Below are positions 7,180 through 13,524 of a stretch of DNA of 13,524 bases, in pieces. Under the pieces are notes generated by a model that had not been told where the DNA came from, searched no databases, and worked only from the letters and a program-made list of their open reading frames with translations. Each line of letters opens with the position of its first letter. Position 1 is the first letter of the stretch. The position numbers and the translations under genes are program-made. The DNA is from a bacterium (GTDB lineage: Bacteria; UBA6262; WVXT01), in contig JBHIBS010000037.1 in assembly GCA_046759165.1 (NCBI GenBank), forward strand, positions 1 to 13,524, given 5' to 3'.

Positions 7180-7949
7180 TCTTTGCAGATTCCCCTCTCA
7201 GACTCTTTAATAAAGGAGATCATATGGAGTAGTTCATCAGAGATATTCGATTCTTTCTCCAAAGCTTTCAAAGCTTGTGTAGTGTTTAGCTTCGAGCGGA
7301 AGAGAACCTTGTAAGCTCTCTTTAGTTGCGCCTTAACATACTTTGGGAAATTGTTCCTTTGCAACCCCACTGTATTCAGTCCAAAAATTCTAATGGGTGT
7401 CCCCGCTGCCATACAATAGGGAGGCACATCTTTTGCTGCCCGAGAACCTCCACCCACAATCGCCAATGTCCCGATGCGGACAAACTGATGCACTGGAGTT
7501 AGCCCTCCCACAATAGCCTGATCCTCAATCACTACGTGGCCCGCCAGAGTGGCTACATTAGCTAAAATTACGCTAGAGCCAATCACACAATCATGAGCAA
7601 TATGAGCATATGCCATTATGAGATTGTTATCTCCAATAGTTGTCTCTCCTGTAGAAACCGTCCCTCGGTTGATGGTTACATACTCCCGGATAACATTATT
7701 CTCACCAATTATGACTCTCGTTTTCTCTCCTTTAAACTTTAAATCCTGTGGCAAATTACCAATTATGGCTCCTGTCCATATCTGACAATTTTGGCCAATT
7801 TGAGTATCTCCTTCGATCACTACACGAGCTCCAATATTAGTCCCTTTTCCAATCTTCACATCTGGTCCAATAATTGTATATGGACCAACATCCACATCTT
7901 CTCCAATTACTGCATCTGGATGAACTAAAGCTGTTTTGTGAACGTTCAT
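7176..7949 (-). CDS. lpxA: Acyl-ACP:UDP-GlcNAc(3N) acyltransferase
   Basis: Hexapeptide repeats, PQDLKF, IREYVTINRGT, MAYAHIAHDC (catalytic His119), LAGHV, VHQF, DVPPY, GLNTVGL. RBS-like GAGGG upstream. Confidence 0.97.
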   Translation of the reverse strand: MNVHKTALVHPDAVIGEDVDVGPYTIIGPDVKIGKGTNIGARVVIEGDTQIGQNCQIWTGAIIGNLPQDLKFKGEKTRVIIGENNVIREYVTINRGTVSTGETTIGDNNLIMAYAHIAHDCVIGSSVILANVATLAGHVVIEDQAIVGGLTPVHQFVRIGTLAIVGGGSRAAKDVPPYCMAAGTPIRIFGLNTVGLQRNNFPKYVKAQLKRAYKVLFRSKLNTTQALKALEKESNISDELLHMISFIKESERGICKE

Positions 7950-8014
7950 TTTTCCCTCAAAGTTTAGTAATATATTACCTCTATGCCTTTTTTCTGGCTC
8001 TTCTCCTTGTCGAT

Positions 8015-9328
8015 TTACCGGTCTACCAACGAGAACATAAATTCCGCCTCAGCCACCAACTCATTCCTAACATATGCCTTACCTTGAATCTTTCCTCCTC
8101 TCACCCGGGCACGAGTAACTTCTACTTCCAGCTGCAGCTGATCCCCTGGGAAGACGGGCTTACGAAATTTAACTTCCTTAATCGCCATAAAATAGGGCAG
8201 TTTTTTTCTGAGATCTGAACGGGCCAAGAAGAGAACGCAGGAAGTCTGTGCCATCGATTCTACAATTAGAACCCCTGGCATAATCGGATAGTTAGGAAAA
8301 TGCCCTTTGAAGTACTCCTCATTAATAGTTAAGTTCTTGAATCCCACCGCTTTGCTCATATTCTCTGACATGATTATTCTGTCCACAAATAGGAAAGGAG
8401 GACGGTGGGGAATTATACTCTGAATCTCTTCCAAACCTAAAACTTTTCCCTCAAAATCCTCCTCCTGAAAAATCTTGGCCGTTCGATGGGCAGCAGATCT
8501 ATCCAAGAGTTTACCCAACTTTCTAGTCAAAGCAATGTTAGCAGCATGCCCACACCGGATAGCAACAATGTGTGCCTTTAAAGGCTTTCCTATCAAATAG
8601 ATGTCTCCTATTAAATCGAGTATCTTGTGGCGGACAAATTCATCCGGGAATCTGAGGTCCTTATTATGGATGCCATTCTGTCCAATCACCACCGCATTGT
8701 CTAAACTCCCCCCTCGAGCTAACCCTCGGCGCTTCAGCGATTCGATTTCATGCTCAAAACAGTATGTCCTGGCTGGAGCGATCTCCTTTTCGAAAATCTC
8801 CTTGGTTATGGTGAACGAGCCATATTGACTCCTTAAAATGGGATGTTTGTAATCGATGGTAGCAGATACTCTAAATTCTTCCGATGGCAGGACGACCAGA
8901 TGGACGTCTTCATTAGAAAACTTGATAGGTTCAGTTGTCATAAAGTAGTCCTTTTCCACATTCTGCTCTTCGAAACTGGCCTTCTCCAGAGTCTCCACAA
9001 AAGGCATTCCGCTGCCATCAGCCACAGGTGGTTCGTCAGCATTCACTTCAACGATGAGATTATCTATACCCAAACCGCATAAAGTAGCCATAATATGCTC
9101 TACCGTCTGGATTTGGAAACTGCCATTACCCAAAGTGGTTCCCCGCGCTACACTGATAACGTTCTTTATGTTAGCTTCAACTCCTGGCTTACCCGGTAAA
9201 TCTGACCTTATAAATTTTATACCAGAATTCGGTGGTGCTGGCTTGAAAGTCACTGAAGTTATGTTCCCAGTGTGCAAACCTATTCCCGAATAAGTGCTCT
9301 CCTTTTTTATAGTCCTCTGTAAATCCAT
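8015..9328 (-). CDS. lpxC-fabZ: Bifunctional LpxC-FabZ fusion (UDP-3-O-acyl-GlcNAc deacetylase / 3-hydroxyacyl-ACP dehydratase)
   Basis: LpxC part: QRTI, GIGLHTG, TVEH, DGS, IAPARTY, GGSLDNA, RHKILDLIGD, GH. FabZ part: IPHRPPFLFVD, FKGHFP, MPGVLIVESMAQ, KFRKPVFPGD. One continuous frame. Start placed at ATG 9328, after GGAGG (9334-9338, minus). Confidence 0.96.
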   Translation of the reverse strand: MDLQRTIKKESTYSGIGLHTGNITSVTFKPAPPNSGIKFIRSDLPGKPGVEANIKNVISVARGTTLGNGSFQIQTVEHIMATLCGLGIDNLIVEVNADEPPVADGSGMPFVETLEKASFEEQNVEKDYFMTTEPIKFSNEDVHLVVLPSEEFRVSATIDYKHPILRSQYGSFTITKEIFEKEIAPARTYCFEHEIESLKRRGLARGGSLDNAVVIGQNGIHNKDLRFPDEFVRHKILDLIGDIYLIGKPLKAHIVAIRCGHAANIALTRKLGKLLDRSAAHRTAKIFQEEDFEGKVLGLEEIQSIIPHRPPFLFVDRIIMSENMSKAVGFKNLTINEEYFKGHFPNYPIMPGVLIVESMAQTSCVLFLARSDLRKKLPYFMAIKEVKFRKPVFPGDQLQLEVEVTRARVRGGKIQGKAYVRNELVAEAEFMFSLVDR

Positions 9329-9419
9329 AATTTCCTCCATAACGTTCTACTCAGGCACCTCAGAGCCACGAGCTACCGTCCTTCGTCACCCTTAGGTGGC
9401 CGACCTGGTTTTATCCAGT

Positions 9420-10442
9420 TTATTTTTCTCTCATTTTCTCTATATTTTGTTTCAACTTCTTTATCTCTTCATACAATTTTGGCAATCTGATTAATTGAGC
9501 GTTTATCTTTTGGGCAGTCCTATGTTCCCGGGCAGGATAACCAGAAACAGTGGTATTGGCTGGCACACTCTTAGTAACTCCCGCCTGCGCACCAACAATT
9601 GCATTATCGCCAACAGTAATATGGTCAACAAGACCTGCCTGTCCGGCCAGGATCACGTTATTACCTATCACTACACTGCCGGAAATACCTACTTGGGAAA
9701 CTATAAGACAGTTCTTACCTATTTTAACATTATGTCCAATCTGGACAAGATTATCAATTTTCGTCCCTTCACCTATCAGGGTCTTACCCAAGGTTGCTCG
9801 ATCGATAGTAACGTTTGCTCCAATTTCCACGCCATTTTCAATTTCAACAGTTCCTACCTGGGGAATCTTATGGTGCTTTCCCTTTTCAGTCGCGTAACCA
9901 AATCCATCCGAACCAATAACTGCACCCGGGTGAATAATCACACCATCACCTATAATAACTTCTTCTCTCACCGTAACATTCGGATAGATTAGCACATCCT
10001 TCCCAATCACAACTTTCTCTCCAATGTACGTACCTGGAAAAATTACAGTCCTATCTCCAATCACAACGCCATTTCCAATAACCACGTAAGCTCCAATCGC
10101 AACATCCTTACCCAATTTTGCTTCCTTGCCAAGAATGCTGGTCTTGTCTATTCCAGTGGGCAGTTTTCTGGGAGGAACCAATACCCTCATTACCTGGGCA
10201 AAAGCCAAATAGGGATTCTTTGTCCGTATCGAAGGAATTTCTGGTAGCTCAACCTCCTCACCAATAATAATAGCTGAAGCATTAGTCCTTGATACCTGAT
10301 TTCTGTATCTGGAACTTGCCAAGAATGTAATTTCACCTTTCTGTCCTTCTATCAGACTACCCACCCTTTCGATTACTATGTTGCCATCCCCGGAGAGTTC
10401 CCCGCCGACAAGCTCCGCAATTTTCTTTAAACTCATTCCCAT
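9420..10442 (-). CDS. lpxD: UDP-3-O-(3-hydroxyacyl)glucosamine N-acyltransferase
   Basis: N-terminal ITFL / NPYLAFA domain, hexapeptide repeats, [43 protein letters not shown]. Start moved to ATG 10442 (GGAG at 10451-10454, minus). Confidence 0.96.
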   Translation of the reverse strand: MGMSLKKIAELVGGELSGDGNIVIERVGSLIEGQKGEITFLASSRYRNQVSRTNASAIIIGEEVELPEIPSIRTKNPYLAFAQVMRVLVPPRKLPTGIDKTSILGKEAKLGKDVAIGAYVVIGNGVVIGDRTVIFPGTYIGEKVVIGKDVLIYPNVTVREEVIIGDGVIIHPGAVIGSDGFGYATEKGKHHKIPQVGTVEIENGVEIGANVTIDRATLGKTLIGEGTKIDNLVQIGHNVKIGKNCLIVSQVGISGSVVIGNNVILAGQAGLVDHITVGDNAIVGAQAGVTKSVPANTTVSGYPAREHRTAQKINAQLIRLPKLYEEIKKLKQNIEKMREK

Positions 10443-10476
10443 TAAACTTACTCCGCATCCAAAAAGCATCCACAAT

Positions 10477-10499
10477 GCAGAGCTTCGCTCTGCTGCTAC
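10477..10499 (-). repeat. GTAG-type REP-like hairpin overlapping the skp stop codon
   Basis: Minus strand reads GTAG-CA-GCAGAGC-GAA-GCTCTGC (7-bp perfect stem). The TAG of GTAG is the skp stop (10496-10498). Confidence 0.6.
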
Positions 10500-11080
10500 A
10501 GGCCCGAATTTAATCTCTCTATAACCTTCTCCGTGAGGTCGTTCTCCATTTCACTATACAAGATATTTTTCTTATCCAGCACTATAGCATAACCTTCAGC
10601 CTGAGCAATCTCCCTAACCACATCATAAATCTTTCCTAAAATCTGATGAGTTATCTCTTTCTCAAGCCTGGCTAACTCCTCTCCCATTTTCTCTACCATT
10701 TCATTAAGTTTTTCTTTCTTTAGTCTAATTACTTCTTCAGTAAGTGGTTTGGTTACAACTGGGGCAGTAGAAATCTCCACCTCTTCTTGCCCGGCCAATG
10801 CACTGGTAGGTACTGGCTCTACTCTTTCTTTTTTCTTGCTGGCAACATCTAAATCCCTTATCTCCTTTTCCAGTGTAGCTATCTCCCTTCTCCTCGTTTC
10901 CATCTCTCTCTCAATTTTCTTTTTCGCTTGTTTAGTGCCTTTATATTCATCAAAGACTCTGTCTATGTCTACATAAGCGATTCTTTCCGAGGAGAGCATT
11001 ACTGCCCTTGCAGCGGGAAGTGAATAAGGAAAAAAGTAGAAAAGAGAAAAAACAAACAAGAAAAGCGAAATTATCTTCAT
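10496..11080 (-). CDS. skp: OmpH/Skp-family periplasmic chaperone
   Basis: Signal peptide [11 protein letters not shown]..., [10 protein letters not shown], coiled coil, [11 protein letters not shown]...[11 protein letters not shown]. Canonical bamA-skp-lpxD position. Start moved to ATG 11080 (GGGGAG at 11089-11094, minus). Confidence 0.9.
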   Translation of the reverse strand: MKIISLFLFVFSLFYFFPYSLPAARAVMLSSERIAYVDIDRVFDEYKGTKQAKKKIEREMETRRREIATLEKEIRDLDVASKKKERVEPVPTSALAGQEEVEISTAPVVTKPLTEEVIRLKKEKLNEMVEKMGEELARLEKEITHQILGKIYDVVREIAQAEGYAIVLDKKNILYSEMENDLTEKVIERLNSGL

Positions 11081-11185
11081 AATTAAGTCTCCCCTTCTCC
11101 CCGCCCGGCCTGTCCCGAAACCGGAACGGGGTCGCGAAAGGGTGACCGACCTAATCCGGTCGAGCATCATTTACCATGCCGATTA

Positions 11186-13414
11186 TTAGAAGGGCTGGCC
11201 AATTGTGAAATACCACTGGGATTTGTCTTCCCCTGGCTTATGATTTAATCCATATCCCCAATCGAGACGGACAGGGAAAATAGGAGTCTGGAAACGGATT
11301 CCTGCTCCTATCCCAACCTTCAATTGATCCTCGCCTCTTCCTATGGTAAAGTTTACATCTCTTTTCCTCCAGCTCCCTCCCATATCTAAGAAGACTGCTC
11401 CCTGTAAAACAGTGCGACCTTTCTGCATAGCTATAGGAAACTTATATTCTACGTTACTTATAAACATCATCACTCCTCCCTCGGGAGGCCCAATCTCACC
11501 CCTATAGTCATAACCCCTCACGCTATCAGCTCCACCCACATAGAACCGTTCATAAATTGGCACTCCTGCAGAAGGAGGAAAACTGCTAGCAATCCCATAC
11601 CTCAATTGAATTGCCAGCACAAACCGCCAGAATGTGGGGAAATACCATCTGCTGGAGCCAAGAGTTTTAACGAAATCGGTATCCCCTCCCAGGATACCTC
11701 CAGAGACCTGAAAAGAGATAGAATTACGAGAACCTCTGGAAGCATCGAATATATTATCCCTGCTGTCTCTTACTAAATAGGTAGTAAAACTACTGCTATC
11801 CTTTGTTCCTTCTTCACCTTTGAACTGGGAGAGAGCGTCGTATACTTTTACCCGTTCATAAGCGTAAGTGAAGTTGAGGCTAAGAATATCTGTTAGATGG
11901 GGACCTATTCTAATATCTCCGCCGCTCCTCATTTCTCTATAGTAGTCTCTGTTTCTATCTGTATCGTAGACATCGATACCAAAAAGGACATGCCTTCCCA
12001 AAAACCATGGTTCAGTAAAACTGAGTTGATAATTGGTCTTTTTCTTACCGAACTCCATCATTAAAGCCAGTCTTTGTCCTCTGCCCAAAAAATTGCTCTG
12101 AGTAATCTGAAAGGTGCCTAAAAGCCCATCTTGCGAGCTGTACCCTGCTCCCATACTGACTAACCCTGTCCTTTGCTCGGTTACCTGACAGATGAGGTCT
12201 GCTCTATAAGGGTCATCAGTTTCGCCAATTTCAATTACAATATCCGAAAAAAACCCGAGATTATACAACTTCTCCTGTGTTCGCCTTATCTTTTTAACAT
12301 TGAACGGATCTCCTTCCTTTACCAGAAATTCCCGTTTAATTACATAGTCTTTAGTAATGATATTCCCTTCTAAGTGAATTCGGTCAACATAGACTATCCC
12401 GTTCTCATCTATAGAGATTAAGATGTTTACTACTTTTCTCTCGTCATCGGTAAAGTATTCTGGGTTGGAGCGCATCAGGATATAGCCTTTTTCTGCATAG
12501 TGATCCTGAATATTAAACAGGCTTCTCTCGAACTTTGCCTGGCTGAAAATCTCTCCATGTTTCACTTCCAAGTCTCTTCCCAGCTCCTCTGTGGTAACCG
12601 CATAATTGTCCTGAAATTGTATATCTCCTACTGTATATTTCAGGCCTTCATAAACAAAAAGCGTGATAAAAATCTTCGCTTTCTCCTCATCGTAAATGAC
12701 TATAGGTGTTCCCAGATGAACTTTCAGGAATCCTCTGTCTTTGTAATAAGCCTCTATCATTCTTAGGTCCTTATCCAGCACTCCCTGTTTAAAAAATTTT
12801 TTCCTTTTGATCTCCATTTTTCTCTTTATCTTTTTTGTGTTAAACGCCTCCACCCCAATTAAATTGACTTTCCCTATCCTGATCTGTTTGCCTTCCGTAA
12901 TAAAGAAAGTCATTATCACCATTCCACTCTTTTCATCTTCCATTGTATAGGGCTCTACTTTTACATCTGCATAGCCCTTCTCCCTATAGAGGGTAGCAAT
13001 CTTCTCAGCATCCTCTTGCATTTTCCTGTTATCAAAAGGTTCTTTCTCTTTCAACTCTATTTCTTTCTCCAATTTGCCATTAGAGAACTCTCTATTTCCT
13101 TTAAATTCTATCCGTTTAATCAGAGGCTTCTCAGTCACAATATAGGTAACATTTACCCCCCCATCAACCTCAAAGACTTCAATTGTAATATTCTCAAAGA
13201 ACCCAAGTTCATATATGTTTTGTAAACCCTCGCTCACTGCTTCTTCTGAATATTCATCACCTTTTTTTATCCCTAGAGCTCTTAATATCTTCTTAGTCTC
13301 CACATTTTTATTTCCAGTTATTTTGATGTCTCTTATCTCTACAGGGTTGGAAAAGAGATAACCTAAAAGAAGGAATATAAAGAAGAAAAATAGAACTGTA
13401 ACTTTTCTCTCCAT
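11186..13414 (-). CDS. bamA: Outer membrane protein assembly factor BamA (5 POTRA + beta-barrel)
   Basis: Signal peptide, five POTRA repeats (IKITGN, IEFKGN, VNLIG, IQFQDN, IHLEGN...LYNLGFF), barrel with NFLGRGQ, SFTEPW, RDSRD, ERFYVGGADSVRGY and a terminal aromatic strand WYFTIGQPF. ATG 13414 preferred over TTG 13447 because it places the hydrophobic signal near the N-terminus; no clear RBS. Confidence 0.96.
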   Translation of the reverse strand: MERKVTVLFFFFIFLLLGYLFSNPVEIRDIKITGNKNVETKKILRALGIKKGDEYSEEAVSEGLQNIYELGFFENITIEVFEVDGGVNVTYIVTEKPLIKRIEFKGNREFSNGKLEKEIELKEKEPFDNRKMQEDAEKIATLYREKGYADVKVEPYTMEDEKSGMVIMTFFITEGKQIRIGKVNLIGVEAFNTKKIKRKMEIKRKKFFKQGVLDKDLRMIEAYYKDRGFLKVHLGTPIVIYDEEKAKIFITLFVYEGLKYTVGDIQFQDNYAVTTEELGRDLEVKHGEIFSQAKFERSLFNIQDHYAEKGYILMRSNPEYFTDDERKVVNILISIDENGIVYVDRIHLEGNIITKDYVIKREFLVKEGDPFNVKKIRRTQEKLYNLGFFSDIVIEIGETDDPYRADLICQVTEQRTGLVSMGAGYSSQDGLLGTFQITQSNFLGRGQRLALMMEFGKKKTNYQLSFTEPWFLGRHVLFGIDVYDTDRNRDYYREMRSGGDIRIGPHLTDILSLNFTYAYERVKVYDALSQFKGEEGTKDSSSFTTYLVRDSRDNIFDASRGSRNSISFQVSGGILGGDTDFVKTLGSSRWYFPTFWRFVLAIQLRYGIASSFPPSAGVPIYERFYVGGADSVRGYDYRGEIGPPEGGVMMFISNVEYKFPIAMQKGRTVLQGAVFLDMGGSWRKRDVNFTIGRGEDQLKVGIGAGIRFQTPIFPVRLDWGYGLNHKPGEDKSQWYFTIGQPF

Positions 13415-13442
13415 TGGATTCAAAATACGCGTATAAATGTCA

Positions 13443-13493
13443 CACAATTTGAAATTGTGCCTGCAAATATTGCACGGTTAAAACCGTGATATT
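13443..13493. promoter_or_regulatory. Cluster of palindromes upstream of bamA (possible operators or RNA hairpins)
   Basis: CACAATTT-G-AAATTGTG (13443-13459), TGCAA-ATA-TTGCA (13462-13474) and CACGGTT-AA-AACCGTG (13473-13488). The palindromes are seen directly; their function is unproven. Confidence 0.4.
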
Positions 13494-13524
13494 ATGAAAA
13501 GGCTACCTCCTGTAGGTGATTATT

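Noticed and set aside
9420..10200. Periodic DNA similarity within lpxD (and lpxA)
   Set aside because: Explained by the hexapeptide repeats of the left-handed beta-helix, not by a DNA repeat element.
10443..10475. TTG-start extension of LpxD, and likewise the upstream starts at 6008, 9340 and 13447
   Set aside because: Downstream ATGs have better-placed Shine-Dalgarno sequences or give normal N-termini.
11081..11170. N-terminal extension of Skp (MMLDRIRSVTLSRPRSGFG...) from the ORF track
   Set aside because: It runs through a hairpin-rich spacer. The downstream ATG at 11080 has a good RBS and begins a normal signal peptide.
6386..13225. Remaining plus-strand ORFs opposite lpxI, lpxA, lpxC-fabZ, lpxD, skp and bamA
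   Set aside because: Antisense frames of conserved genes with no independent coding evidence.
13492..13524. Possible 3' end of an upstream minus-strand gene (...NNHLQEVAFS*)
   Set aside because: Only 11 codons are visible, so neither frame nor identity can be supported.

Overview
This window is one continuous minus-strand envelope-biogenesis operon from a diderm (LPS-making) bacterium. In transcription order it reads bamA - skp/ompH - lpxD - fused lpxC-fabZ - lpxA - lpxI - Gfo/Idh/MocA dehydrogenase (GnnA-like) - lpxB - msbA-type ABC flippase - long NfeD (ClpP-class protease domain) - short NfeD - floA. floA runs off the left edge and is absent from the ORF track. The genes belong to known families. 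Three things stand out. (1) An NfeD/NfeD/FloA membrane-scaffold module is coupled by a start/stop overlap directly to the lipid A flippase, where lpxK/waaA often sit. (2) A GnnA-like gene without an adjacent gnnB, plus LpxA residues, hint at a diamino-glucose, possibly shorter-chain lipid A. (3) The spacers hold several small palindromic or repeat elements: two GTAG-type REP-like hairpins, a ~180-nt multi-stem hairpin, a heptamer inverted repeat, a shared GGTGRCCGACCT motif and a post-stop AATCGRCA motif. All plus-strand ORFs look like antisense shadows. Taxonomy cannot be fixed from this window. The gene order and LpxC-FabZ fusion are compatible with an Elusimicrobiota-like or related candidate lineage (low confidence). 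All calls come from manual motif reading; no database search was run.
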